From sequence record OU509535.1: a DNA stretch of 64,000 nucleotides; one strand, 5' to 3'. Positions 35,948 through 46,607 of this stretch are shown one piece after another; positions within the stretch are counted from its first letter, which is position 1, and each line of letters starts with the position of its first letter. The notes beneath the pieces were generated by a model, which was not told the DNA's origin, did no database searches, and saw nothing but the letters and a program-made list of their open reading frames with translations. A program made the position numbers and the translations under genes.

Positions 35948-36523
35948 ATGGCTCAACAACAAATCGCTTTACAACAAATCAGAACAGGTAAACAGCGTGA
36001 TTTACCGGATGCGTTGGAAAAAGGACAACTAGGATTCAGTACTGACGTAGGTCGTATGTTCGTTGGTTTACCATCCTCATCTGATCCTGCAAGTTTAGTA
36101 GCAGGTCGTAATTGGGACAATGCACCAAATAGTGGGAAAGAAAATGTAGAAATTATTACGGAGTTTACACCATGGCAGGTTGTTTCTAATATTGTAAACC
36201 GACCGTATGTATTCTCTGTACCGAAGGGTGGCAGTACGCAAATTTCAATTCAAAGTGATAATAGAGTGTTTCTTGATTATATGGCATATAACGATACTTC
36301 CAGTATTCTGGAAAGTGGTAATGTACAAATGTTGTGTAATGATTCAAAAACACTACTGGCACAATTTAATAATACAACTCAAGAAGAGGGTATCATTTCA
36401 TTGACTTTCTCGGATGCAACATTCGATGAAAGTACTAAATTGATGGTATTCACTATCACTAATAATGACACGGAAAGTGATTATAGTATAGAATTCGTAT
36501 ATAGAGGCTGGGATAAACCGTAA
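35948..36523 (+). CDS. Probable virion structural protein with an Mtd_N-like N-terminal motif
   Basis: LPDALEKGQLGFSTDVGRMFVG; CTAAATA late core at 35909-15. Confidence 0.55.
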   Translation: MAQQQIALQQIRTGKQRDLPDALEKGQLGFSTDVGRMFVGLPSSSDPASLVAGRNWDNAPNSGKENVEIITEFTPWQVVSNIVNRPYVFSVPKGGSTQISIQSDNRVFLDYMAYNDTSSILESGNVQMLCNDSKTLLAQFNNTTQEEGIISLTFSDATFDESTKLMVFTITNNDTESDYSIEFVYRGWDKP

Positions 36524-36541
36524 AAGGCTCCCAGCCTTTTT
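36522..36541 (+). terminator. Rho-independent terminator
   Basis: AAAAGGCT-CCC-AGCCTTTT. Confidence 0.65.
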
Positions 36542-36590
36542 ATCCCCTAAAATAATTAAAAACAATAAAAAAAACTTAAAAGGATGTAAA

Positions 36591-38906
36591 ATGATTAACG
36601 TTATTAAACGTGATGGATCAAAAGAACCACTCGACCTTGATAAAATTCACCAGATTTTATTTTTTGCATGTGAAGGTATTTCTGGTGTGTCTGTGTCCGA
36701 AATTGAAATTCGTGCTAAATTGCAATTTCATGAAGGAATTAAAACTTCTGTAATTCATGATATCCTAATTAAAAGTTCATCAGAGCTTATTTCTGAAGAT
36801 ACTCCAAATTATCAATACGTAGCTGGTCGTCTTTTGAATTATAGTATTCGTAAAGAAGTTTATGGTCAGTATGAACCAATTCCTTACGGAGAATATGTAA
36901 ATAACATGGTTCAAAAAGGTATATACGATCCTATCATTCTGGAAAAATATAATTCAGCAGAAATCGAAGAACTCGGGAAATGCATTAAACACAAACGTGA
37001 TGATAAATTTACTTTTGTTGCAATGAGTCAATGGCAAGGTAAGTATCTGTGTAAAAACCGTGTAACTAAAGAAATTTATGAAACACCACAAATGGCTTAT
37101 ATGACTATCGCTGCTACGATTTTCTCTGAATACAGTACTGAAATTCGTTTGTCATATGTTAAGAAGTTCTATGATGCTATTAGTACTTTTGATATTAGTT
37201 TACCAACTCCGATTATGTCCGGTCTTCGCACTAATACACGTCAGTTCTCAAGTTGTGTAGTACTGAATGTTGGCGATAGTCTTGATAGTATTGGTTCCAG
37301 TAATCATGCAATCCTGCGTTATATTTCACGTAAAGCAGGGCTTGGTGTTAATATGGGACGTATTCGTGCAATTGATTCTGCAATTCGTGATGGCGATGCA
37401 GTACATACTGGTGTAGTACCATTCTTATCTGCATTAGCAAAAACTGTCAAAAGCTGTTCCCAGGGAGGTGTAAGAGGCGGGGCAGCAACCGTACATTTTC
37501 CAATGTGGCATTTGGAATTTGAAAATATTGTAGTACTGAAAAATAATAAAGGAACTGAATTTAACCGAGTAAGACAACTGGACTATTGCTTCCAAATCAA
37601 TAAGACATTATATCAACGATTGATTGATGGAAAAGACATTACATTCTTTAGCCCACATGATGTTCCTGATCTATATGATGCATTTTGTGCTGATCAAGAA
37701 GAATTTGAACGTCTGTATATTAAGTATGAACTTGATGAAACTATTCGTAGGAAAACTATGCCAGCGATTGAAGCATTTAGTCATCTAATACAAGAGCGTG
37801 CAGAAACTGGCCGCGTTTATATTCAGAATATTGATAATGCCAATGAGCATGGTTCATTTATTCCAGAAATTGCACCAATTGAGCAAAGTAATTTGTGTCA
37901 GGAAATTGATTTACCATCTGTTCCATTTGAAGATATTAATAATGGTGAAGGTCTTATTAGCCTATGTACTTTGAGTGCTATTAACTGGGGTAATTTTGAC
38001 AAACCCGAAGATATGGAAGAAGCGTGTGATTTGGCTGTCCGTGCCCTGGATGCTATTCTTGATTATCAGGATTATCCAGTACTACATGCTGAACGAGCTA
38101 CAAAGCTCTACAGACCACTTGGTGTTGGTATTATGAGCCTAGCCTATTTCCTGGCTAAACGTGGCTTAAAATACGATACAAACGCATTGAACACTATTAA
38201 CGAATGGTCAGAAGCGTGGTCTTATTATTTGATTAAAGCATCCGTAAACCTTGCAAAAGAAAAAGGGCATTGTGATGGATTTAAGAATACTAAGTACTCA
38301 CTGGGTTTATTCCCACATGACACTTATAAATCAGATTCATATATCAATGAAATTGCACCATATGAATTAAAACAAGATTGGGATTCCCTACGTGAAGAAA
38401 TGATGGTGTATGGTATTCGTAATGCTACATTACATGCAAATATGCCAGGAGAAACATCATCACAAATCAGTAATAGTACTGCTGGTATTGAAAAGATTCG
38501 TTCTCTTGTAACAGTAAAAACTTCTAAAGATGGTGTTCTTAAACAAGTTGTACCTGAAATTTCAAAATTAAAGAACAAATATGACCTACTATGGGAACAA
38601 TCTGATAATATTGGTTATCTTCAGGTGTGCGGCGTTATGCAGAAATACATGGATCAAGGTATAAGTACTAATACGAGTTATAATCCTGAAAAGTTCCAAG
38701 ATGGAAAAGTGCCAATGTCAGTACTGTTAACAGAACTTCTAATGGCTTATAAACTTAACACAAAACAACTATACTATCATAACGTGTTGGACAATGCTTC
38801 TGAAGTTGATATTGACAAATATATGGAAGAAAAAAATAAATTAACAAAAAATGATATTGTTTTGCCTGAGCTACCAGAAGATGATTGTGAGAGTTGTAAA
38901 TTGTAA
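36591..38906 (+). CDS. nrdA: Class Ia ribonucleotide reductase alpha subunit
   Basis: ATP cone VIKRDG, QFSSC, QSNLCQEI, C-terminal CESC; uninterrupted. Confidence 0.97.
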   Translation: MINVIKRDGSKEPLDLDKIHQILFFACEGISGVSVSEIEIRAKLQFHEGIKTSVIHDILIKSSSELISEDTPNYQYVAGRLLNYSIRKEVYGQYEPIPYGEYVNNMVQKGIYDPIILEKYNSAEIEELGKCIKHKRDDKFTFVAMSQWQGKYLCKNRVTKEIYETPQMAYMTIAATIFSEYSTEIRLSYVKKFYDAISTFDISLPTPIMSGLRTNTRQFSSCVVLNVGDSLDSIGSSNHAILRYISRKAGLGVNMGRIRAIDSAIRDGDAVHTGVVPFLSALAKTVKSCSQGGVRGGAATVHFPMWHLEFENIVVLKNNKGTEFNRVRQLDYCFQINKTLYQRLIDGKDITFFSPHDVPDLYDAFCADQEEFERLYIKYELDETIRRKTMPAIEAFSHLIQERAETGRVYIQNIDNANEHGSFIPEIAPIEQSNLCQEIDLPSVPFEDINNGEGLISLCTLSAINWGNFDKPEDMEEACDLAVRALDAILDYQDYPVLHAERATKLYRPLGVGIMSLAYFLAKRGLKYDTNALNTINEWSEAWSYYLIKASVNLAKEKGHCDGFKNTKYSLGLFPHDTYKSDSYINEIAPYELKQDWDSLREEMMVYGIRNATLHANMPGETSSQISNSTAGIEKIRSLVTVKTSKDGVLKQVVPEISKLKNKYDLLWEQSDNIGYLQVCGVMQKYMDQGISTNTSYNPEKFQDGKVPMSVLLTELLMAYKLNTKQLYYHNVLDNASEVDIDKYMEEKNKLTKNDIVLPELPEDDCESCKL

Positions 38907-39003
38907 TATATTAATTACTAAAAACATCACAAATTAATATCAATAGTAAAAAGCTAAACACCATATAACGGTTTTTACTTTCGAATACAAATAATAATAT
39001 AAT

Positions 39004-39029
39004 AAATCCCACAATTAAGTGGGATTTTT
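39004..39029 (+). terminator. Rho-independent terminator / hairpin between nrdA and nrdB
   Basis: AAATCCCAC / GTGGGATTT stem followed by a T tract. Confidence 0.7.
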
Positions 39030-39056
39030 ATTCTATAAAACAAAGGAATGTAACAA

Positions 39057-40181
39057 ATGTCAGTGTTTCAAAAAAATACAAAATCACATTTAGAAAAGAA
39101 TATGTTTTTTGATGAAGCGGTAGATATCCAACGCTTTGAAACTAACAAGTATTCTACCATTGAGAAATTAACCGAACAACAAAAAGGATTTTTCTGGAGT
39201 CCCGGTGAAGTTGACGTAAATAAAGACAAAATTGATTTTACTAAATTATCTGAAGCGGAAAAGCATATTTTCACTTCCAACCTCAAACGTCAGATACTAC
39301 TTGATTCAGTACAGGGTCGTGGTCCAAACACGGTACTTCTACCACTGGCTTCGTTGCCGGAAGTAGAAAATTTTATTGAAACTTGGGCGTTCTTTGAAGG
39401 TGCAATTCATAGTAAATCATATACTCATATTATTCGTAACATCTACACCAATCCATCTGAAGTATTTGATACTATGCTTGATATTCCTGAAATTCTGGAT
39501 TGTGCCGTTGACGTATCTAAGTACTATGATGATTTAGAAGAATACGGTACTTGGTATCGTATGCTTGGTGTTGGCACACATACTATCAATGGTAAAGAAC
39601 TTGTTATTGACATGTATGAACTGAAAAAGAAACTGTGGTTGTGCTTAAATTCCATTAACGTATTGGAGGGTATACGATTTTATGTCTCATTCGCTGCATC
39701 CTTTGCATTTGGTGAAAATAAAATCATGGAAGGTAATGCCAAGATCATTAGACTAATTGCGAGGGATGAGTCTCTCCATTTAGCAGCAACTCAAATGATT
39801 CTTCGTTTGTTGAAAAAAGAAGATCCAGACTTTGTTAAAATTTCTGAAGAATGCTATGATGAAGTCCAGAGTATGTTCCTGGATGCTATTAAGCAAGAAG
39901 AAGACTGGGCTGATTATCTATTTAAAGATGGTTCTATTATCGGTCTTAATGCTGAAATACTAAAACAGTATGTTCGCTGGATTGGATCTAAACGTATGGC
40001 AGCAGTTGGAATTAAGTGTCCATATGCTGTAACGAAAAATAGCCCACTCCCATGGATGGAACATTGGATTAGTAGTGCGGGTGTGCAGGTTGCACCACAA
40101 GAAACTGAAATTAGTTCCTATGTAATTGGTGGTATCAAAGCCGATATTACAGAAAACACGTTCAGTACATTTAAACTATAA
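39057..40181 (+). CDS. nrdB: Class Ia ribonucleotide reductase beta subunit
   Basis: FFWSPGEVD, LLDSVQGR, EGAIHSKSY, LEGIRFY, RDESLH, VAPQETE. Confidence 0.97.
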   Translation: MSVFQKNTKSHLEKNMFFDEAVDIQRFETNKYSTIEKLTEQQKGFFWSPGEVDVNKDKIDFTKLSEAEKHIFTSNLKRQILLDSVQGRGPNTVLLPLASLPEVENFIETWAFFEGAIHSKSYTHIIRNIYTNPSEVFDTMLDIPEILDCAVDVSKYYDDLEEYGTWYRMLGVGTHTINGKELVIDMYELKKKLWLCLNSINVLEGIRFYVSFAASFAFGENKIMEGNAKIIRLIARDESLHLAATQMILRLLKKEDPDFVKISEECYDEVQSMFLDAIKQEEDWADYLFKDGSIIGLNAEILKQYVRWIGSKRMAAVGIKCPYAVTKNSPLPWMEHWISSAGVQVAPQETEISSYVIGGIKADITENTFSTFKL

Positions 40182-40186
40182 AATAC

Positions 40187-40220
40187 AAAATTCAGTACTT
40201 AATCAGTACTGAATTTTTTT
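40187..40220 (+). terminator. Rho-independent terminator built from two AGTACT copies
   Basis: AAAATTCAGTACT-TAATC-AGTACTGAATTTT followed by a T tract. Confidence 0.75.
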
Positions 40221-40234
40221 ATAAGGTATAAATT

Positions 40235-40426
40235 ATGGATGAAATAAATCATATTACAAAAGATGTTTTTACTATTGATTACGGGGTTGAATACAAATTC
40301 GTAATGCAAGGTGGGTTTGAAATTTTAGGCACCGTTGTTGATGTGTTTGATAACGGGATTGAGCTATCAGATGGCACTCGACTGGTGCAGGAGCATATTC
40401 TTTTATTCAAAGCGATGAAACGATAA
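40235..40426 (+). CDS. Small hypothetical protein (63 aa, possibly Sm/SH3-like beta barrel)
   Basis: AAGG SD; beta pattern GTVVDVFDNGIEL. Confidence 0.55.
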   Translation: MDEINHITKDVFTIDYGVEYKFVMQGGFEILGTVVDVFDNGIELSDGTRLVQEHILLFKAMKR

Positions 40427-40432
40427 AATTTT

Positions 40433-40461
40433 TGAACAGACACAAATTCATGTGATATAAT
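40433..40461 (+). promoter_or_regulatory. TGAACA-class promoter (TGAACA-N17-TATAAT, TG extended -10)
   Basis: Intergenic, upstream of 40499. Confidence 0.7.
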
Positions 40462-40498
40462 AAACTTGATAAAACACCAACACTAAGGAAACAAACAA

Positions 40499-40741
40499 AT
40501 GAACGAACTAAACAAAGAAGCTCTAAATGAAATGGTAGAAAACAACATCGAAGCAGCACAAGAAGAAATTGGTTATGAATTGTCAGAAGAAGATCTGGCG
40601 AAATCTCGTGATATCATTGCTCAACTGACTAAGTACTACAACATCAAAGATCAGAAACAAGAACATAACAAAAAGATCAAAGCACAACGCCGAGCTAAAA
40701 ATAAAGTACAACGTAATTCTCGTCGTATTAACCGAAAATAA
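40499..40741 (+). CDS. Hypothetical protein (80 aa; acidic N-terminus, very basic C-terminal tail)
   Basis: AAGGA SD; tail KAQRRAKNKVQRNSRRINRK. Confidence 0.7.
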   Translation: MNELNKEALNEMVENNIEAAQEEIGYELSEEDLAKSRDIIAQLTKYYNIKDQKQEHNKKIKAQRRAKNKVQRNSRRINRK

Positions 40742-40756
40742 AAAGAGGTACCCAAG

Positions 40757-41874
<1,118 letters not shown>

Positions 41875-41875
41875 T

Positions 41876-41902
41876 AAAAAAAGGAGGACTGTTGTCCTCC
41901 TT
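41876..41902. terminator. Terminator between convergent genes (U tract on the minus strand)
   Basis: A-run followed by AAGGAGGAC-TGTT-GTCCTCCTT. Confidence 0.8.
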
Positions 41903-42545
41903 ATAGTTTATTTAATTCAGTACCAATAAACTGCATTTGATCTTTGATTTTATTGACAAGTAATTCAACTTCGAATTTATTACAAGGTTTATCAACTGTA
42001 ATCATTGTATATCCTACTATTTCATACCCTTTGGTGTCCAAAATAGGAATAGTGATAACAGTATCATATGTGACCCTTGTGCTTTTAACATAAGCACATG
42101 TGAAGTTTTTCGGATCATAATTTTGACTACATTCGTTGTTTGAAGTATAGATATTTTCAAAATGTACTTTGTTTAAAAGTAATTCTTGAAAAGTATTATT
42201 TTTCTTGTCAATCAAATACATATAATTACTTATCTTTCTTTCTGGATAACGGTTTTTAAATGCTATCCCTTCTTGTGATACTATTATTTTTGTATTTTTA
42301 TCTTTGTTAAATTTATATACAACTATATATTGTACTGAATCATCAAGATTTATAATTTCTTGCATATTGGTATCAATCCTGTTGATATGATAACTATATG
42401 GAAAAGCATTCTCTTGAATATGCGGAACTATTTGATTAACCAAAAAATCAGTTATTGTATCTTTATTGTAAATCATTAAAGAGAGTATAGTAACGAAAAA
42501 CGCTATAATACAAAGCTTTGATAGACCATGTTTTGTGCTGAGCAT
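41901..42545 (-). CDS. T4 T-holin-like membrane protein, paralog 2 (one TMD plus GAF-like domain)
   Basis: N-terminal TMD LCIIAFFVTILSLMIY; YIVVYKF and VITIPILD..G..VGY GAF-like strands; AGGAGG SD. Confidence 0.5.
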   Translation of the reverse strand: MLSTKHGLSKLCIIAFFVTILSLMIYNKDTITDFLVNQIVPHIQENAFPYSYHINRIDTNMQEIINLDDSVQYIVVYKFNKDKNTKIIVSQEGIAFKNRYPERKISNYMYLIDKKNNTFQELLLNKVHFENIYTSNNECSQNYDPKNFTCAYVKSTRVTYDTVITIPILDTKGYEIVGYTMITVDKPCNKFEVELLVNKIKDQMQFIGTELNKL

Positions 42546-42557
42546 AAGTTTACCTCC

Positions 42558-43280
42558 TTAATATTCCAAATAATAACCAACATCATTCGCAATATTTTGT
42601 GCTATGTTGTTGAATTGCTCAACTTCAGCTTCATCTTTAGGAACTCTTTTGAAATATACAGCAATATACCCAGTTATTGTTGCAAATTTAACAGGAGCAG
42701 AAACAAGATAAACATTTCCATCATTAACTAATGCAGGATAGTTAATCTGAGATGTATATTCGTTTCGTGTCTCGTTACTATCTTTCAAATACTCTGTGTA
42801 TATTTTTTTTATTTCAACATAATATATGTGATTATTCCATAATTTATTAGTTTCTGCAAGAAATGAACTTAGTGGCAAGTTATCTAAATGGTAGACACTA
42901 ATATCGTCTTTATTTGGTGGATTAACCTTATAGGTAACTAAAATACGTCTTTCTGAAAATTGTGTATTTTCAGGAACATACTTATAAACTAATATCATAG
43001 ATATATCATTTGGATAAGCATTGATTGCTTTAGTTAGCCCTTTATCAATAGTATCTTTATTTTCTTTCTTTATAGTATACTTCGTAGAATTTCCTAGTTC
43101 TTCATGTTTATTGGGATTGTTTAATGTATTATTGATATATAATGTCCAAGAATCTGCTGTACTATATATAATAAAACCAATAACCAAGCAAAAAAACACT
43201 GTAATTATTTTAGAAGTCTTCCATTTCGTGATCATATCAAGGAGTTTATTAATATTTTCACTATCAAAATTGATATTCAT
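42558..43280 (-). CDS. T4 T-holin-like membrane protein, paralog 1 (one TMD plus GAF-like domain)
   Basis: N-terminal amphipathic helix, TMD IITVFFCLVIGFIIY, ILVYKYVPEN and LVSAPV...GYIAVYF resembling T4 T. Confidence 0.55.
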   Translation of the reverse strand: MNINFDSENINKLLDMITKWKTSKIITVFFCLVIGFIIYSTADSWTLYINNTLNNPNKHEELGNSTKYTIKKENKDTIDKGLTKAINAYPNDISMILVYKYVPENTQFSERRILVTYKVNPPNKDDISVYHLDNLPLSSFLAETNKLWNNHIYYVEIKKIYTEYLKDSNETRNEYTSQINYPALVNDGNVYLVSAPVKFATITGYIAVYFKRVPKDEAEVEQFNNIAQNIANDVGYYLEY

Positions 43281-43311
43281 ATCTCAATCCCCATGAGTAG
43301 ACTATATAGAG

Positions 43312-43318
43312 TATTTAC
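43312..43318 (-). promoter_or_regulatory. Late promoter (GTAAATA) for the holin-like pair
   Basis: TAAATA core about 30 nt upstream of the ATG at 43280; GGGGA SD. Confidence 0.5.
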
Positions 43319-43353
43319 CCCAAAACTAATTTTACCATGAGATAATTCTTAAT

Positions 43354-43710
43354 ATGATAATTTTATACTTTCTATGGATTAATATATTATTAGTACTGAT
43401 AACTACAGGATTTAGTACTACTGCAATTGTTGTTTATATTTTAAGTTCAGTGTTTATTATTATGAGATCATTATCTATAATTTTCAGTACTGAATTAGCA
43501 AAAAAGAATAATGATTTTTATGTCTTTTTATCGGAACTTAAAGATGATAATCCAAAATTAACTAAAAGTAACATCGTGTGTTCCAATTTAATACATTTGA
43601 TACTAATATTTGTATTTTTGCATAGTTATATTGCATTGGGCTTTGTATTATTTAATGTTATTATTAGACTTATCGAATCATATAAAATGGAGAAATTATT
43701 TAATGGCTAA
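43354..43710 (+). CDS. Small integral membrane protein (118 aa, 3-4 TMDs)
   Basis: Strongly hydrophobic segments at both ends. Confidence 0.65.
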   Translation: MIILYFLWINILLVLITTGFSTTAIVVYILSSVFIIMRSLSIIFSTELAKKNNDFYVFLSELKDDNPKLTKSNIVCSNLIHLILIFVFLHSYIALGFVLFNVIIRLIESYKMEKLFNG

Positions 43711-44227
43711 AATTATTTTATGTACAGATAAAAATTACGGTATAGGATATAAAAATACAATTCCGTGGCATAGCAGCGAAGATTTTAAACACTTCAAAGA
43801 AGAAACTTTGAATAAAACTGTTGTGATGGGATATAATACATGGAAATCCCTACCAAATAAACCATTGTCAAAAAGACTTAATATTGTACTGGTTAATCGT
43901 GAATATGAAGACCGCGATATGTATGATCAAACAAACGTCTTATTTCTGGATGAAGATAATTTAGAAAGTATTATTCGTAATAATCCAGATTGCGTTATTA
44001 TTGGTGGTGCATCAATTTATAAAATGAGTTTGCCTCATGTAGATGAAATCGTACATAGTATAATTCCCAAAGAATTTGTATGTGATTGCTTTTTTGACTT
44101 TACTATTGATAAACGTGTGATTATTGAACGCGAAAGTTGTAAAACACTTGATGATGGTATTATGGTGGATTATTACAAATGTCAACCAAATCCAGATTAT
44201 GATGATTATGTGGATTCATATCAATGA
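43703..44227 (+). CDS. frd: Dihydrofolate reductase
   Basis: GIGYKNTIPWH, EDFKHFK, VVMGYNTWKSL, IIGGASIY; true start is the ATG at 43703. Confidence 0.93.
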   Translation: MAKIILCTDKNYGIGYKNTIPWHSSEDFKHFKEETLNKTVVMGYNTWKSLPNKPLSKRLNIVLVNREYEDRDMYDQTNVLFLDEDNLESIIRNNPDCVIIGGASIYKMSLPHVDEIVHSIIPKEFVCDCFFDFTIDKRVIIERESCKTLDDGIMVDYYKCQPNPDYDDYVDSYQ

Positions 44228-44347
44228 AGATAAAGTGAAGCTAAAACCATTTGCACAAAGATTAAAAGATGCATAGACAGTGGTGATGCTTATTATAGAC
44301 AAACTGCTGGAAAACATACTTACACTTACAAGTTAAGGAAAACTTAG
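44208..44347 (+). pseudogene. Possible frameshifted gene remnant (..LKPFAQRLKDA/IDSGDAYYRQTAGKHTYTYKL..)
   Basis: Two abutting frames read as one protein-like C-terminus if one T is restored at 44274. Confidence 0.3.
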
Positions 44348-44370
44348 TATCATATACTCAAGGAAGAATA

Positions 44371-45729
44371 ATGTCAATAAAAAAAGAAACTACAAAATTA
44401 AAACCCACCGCAGATCAGAAAGTTATACTTGATGATTTTTTGGATAGAGTTGATAATTATCCAGGTAGGACTGAAGCTGTTCTTTCTGCACCTGCTGGTA
44501 CTGGTAAAACGTTCACCACTGCTGAAATTATTAAATTACTTTATAAAGATTATAATATTGCAGTAACTTCTCCTACACATAAAGCGAATTCTGTAATTCA
44601 AAATATGCTTATCAACCAAGCAGGGATTACAAAAGAAGATGCAAAGGTAAGTACTATTCATTCTTTTCTTGGGCTTAAATTGGTACAGGAAAAAAATCAT
44701 CAAGTACTGAAGCACGATCCACATAGTAAATTATCAACAACCAATGTTGATGTTCTTATCGTGGACGAATGTTCTATGATTTCAGAAGAATTATATTTCC
44801 ATATACAGAATCAATTACATCGTGTACGAAGGGCAGTGTTATACATTGGCGATAAATGTCAGTTACCACCAGTAGAAGCTGAAGTTATTGGTAAAGAAAA
44901 ATTATCCCCAACCTTTGATGTTTCAGTACAGTATACATTAACTGAAGTACTACGTCAGGCAATGGACAATCCAGTACTATCAGTCGCTACTGCTATCAGA
45001 GAATGCATCGGTACCAATAAAGATCCAATGCATATTATGGTCAATAACACAAAAGGTCATGATACTATCACACCCATTGATGATGAAGATTTATTTCTGA
45101 ATGTATATAAGGATTTTATTATTGAAAACAAAGGTAATAGTAATAAAATTTTTGATTTCGTGAATGAAAATAAAATCCTTGCATATACGAATATGAGAGT
45201 TAATATTGCAAACATGTATATCAGAAATCAATTATATGATGTACTTGATGAATTCGTAAAAGGGGAACCTATTGTATTTGAGAGTATTACCGAAAATAGT
45301 CCATATTCTGTTCAACAAATTATTCAGTGTCCAAGAGTGAGAAAAGAATCATTTATGGGTATTGATTGTTGGCAGTTTCAGTTACTTAATGGTAGTTTCA
45401 TTTACGGAGTTGGTCCTTCATCACGTGCGGCAATGGAAGATCATTTACAGGATATGGTAAGAAAGATTGAAAAGAAAGTTTTTAATCCATTGACAAAACG
45501 ACCATATGTATGGCAGGATTATTATATCATTCGCAATAAAATGCATATCATTAATTACCCATACGCAACAACTGTCCACAAATCACAGGGTAGTACATTC
45601 GATAATATTTGGTTTGATACTGATTTCATTGAGAGAATCCCAAACAATGATATGAAATGTCGAATTCTTTATACTGCAATGACACGTCCCAGATATAGTG
45701 TAATGTTAAGACAGAATGATTACTATTAA
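44371..45729 (+). CDS. dda: SF1B 5'-3' DNA helicase (Dda/RecD-like)
   Basis: APAGTGKT, TSPTHKA, VDECSM, GDKCQLPPV, YATTVHKSQGSTF. Confidence 0.9.
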   Translation: MSIKKETTKLKPTADQKVILDDFLDRVDNYPGRTEAVLSAPAGTGKTFTTAEIIKLLYKDYNIAVTSPTHKANSVIQNMLINQAGITKEDAKVSTIHSFLGLKLVQEKNHQVLKHDPHSKLSTTNVDVLIVDECSMISEELYFHIQNQLHRVRRAVLYIGDKCQLPPVEAEVIGKEKLSPTFDVSVQYTLTEVLRQAMDNPVLSVATAIRECIGTNKDPMHIMVNNTKGHDTITPIDDEDLFLNVYKDFIIENKGNSNKIFDFVNENKILAYTNMRVNIANMYIRNQLYDVLDEFVKGEPIVFESITENSPYSVQQIIQCPRVRKESFMGIDCWQFQLLNGSFIYGVGPSSRAAMEDHLQDMVRKIEKKVFNPLTKRPYVWQDYYIIRNKMHIINYPYATTVHKSQGSTFDNIWFDTDFIERIPNNDMKCRILYTAMTRPRYSVMLRQNDYY

Positions 45730-45768
45730 AATAAATAACAAAAAGAACTCTATGTTTTGGAGAACAAG

Positions 45769-46329
45769 ATGAACAACCAAATGCATGTTTTTAAAATTAC
45801 AGTACCAGGTAAAGTACTGGATGATAAACTATATTATCAATATACCGATTTCGAAGATGTAGTAGGTGATGCTACTAAACCACCAAGTGATGCACAAACT
45901 GTTGAGAAAAGTAAGGCGTATGTTCGTATGCGTTATTTCAATATTCAACTGGCATCTCTAATGATTCCTGTGTATGCTACATTTGAACCAACTACTGCTG
46001 GTACTTGTGCTGTTATTCCAGATACACCAGTACTGCACATTGGATACGTAAGTTATGAACCGTTCCTTAGTACTCTAAGTGATGCCGCACGTGCAGCCTT
46101 GGATACTGAAGACAAACGCACCGCTGCCGCAGCAAGTGTTATTGAACAACTTCTAATCGACGCCCTGGCTAAAGATCTGGTTGGTGAACAAGTACAAGTT
46201 CAAAAAACCACCAATCGCACTACAAGTCCACTAACAACCACTGAGGTTGATTATCGTGAAATCAGTATCGTGGAACTTGATGTTCCAGGAAGTGAAGTAT
46301 TAGTTACTGTAGAATATGTAAAATTATAA
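45769..46329 (+). CDS. Hypothetical, possibly virion protein (about 186 aa)
   Basis: ATG at 45769 follows a GGAG SD; highly expressed codon pattern. Confidence 0.6.
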   Translation: MNNQMHVFKITVPGKVLDDKLYYQYTDFEDVVGDATKPPSDAQTVEKSKAYVRMRYFNIQLASLMIPVYATFEPTTAGTCAVIPDTPVLHIGYVSYEPFLSTLSDAARAALDTEDKRTAAAASVIEQLLIDALAKDLVGEQVQVQKTTNRTTSPLTTTEVDYREISIVELDVPGSEVLVTVEYVKL

Positions 46330-46350
46330 TTTTTCAATTGGAGTCTTGAC

Positions 46351-46539
46351 ATGCAGGATAAAAAATTCTATGATCGCATTATTGAAGATGAACAATTCTT
46401 TGATAAAGTAATCTATGATATTGAGCATTTTATTGAAAATGCTCCAACGGTGAAAGCACGTCAACTAGGCTATGCAGTAAAACAAGGCTTAGTTGAAATC
46501 AAAAAAATTGCATCATACTATTCTGATGCTAAAAAATAA
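46351..46539 (+). CDS. Hypothetical protein (62 aa)
   Basis: GGAG SD. Confidence 0.6.
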   Translation: MQDKKFYDRIIEDEQFFDKVIYDIEHFIENAPTVKARQLGYAVKQGLVEIKKIASYYSDAKK

Positions 46540-46542
46540 TGC

Positions 46543-46571
46543 TTTACTAATGTTTTAAAATAACATATAAT
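46543..46571 (+). promoter_or_regulatory. Sigma70-type early promoter (TTTACT-N17-TATAAT)
   Basis: Canonical spacing, upstream of the IF3 gene. Confidence 0.65.
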
Positions 46572-46607
46572 ACAATCTTACCAATAAAAAACGGAGTAGT
46601 ATAATAC

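Noticed and set aside
38907-39056. AT-rich inverted repeats between nrdA and nrdB as an ncRNA or HEG remnant
   Set aside because: Only short AT-rich stems and one terminator-like hairpin; no coding remnant or RNA family is recognisable.
36591-40181. Group I introns or inteins in nrdA/nrdB (common in T4-like phages)
   Set aside because: Both ORFs are continuous and of normal length.
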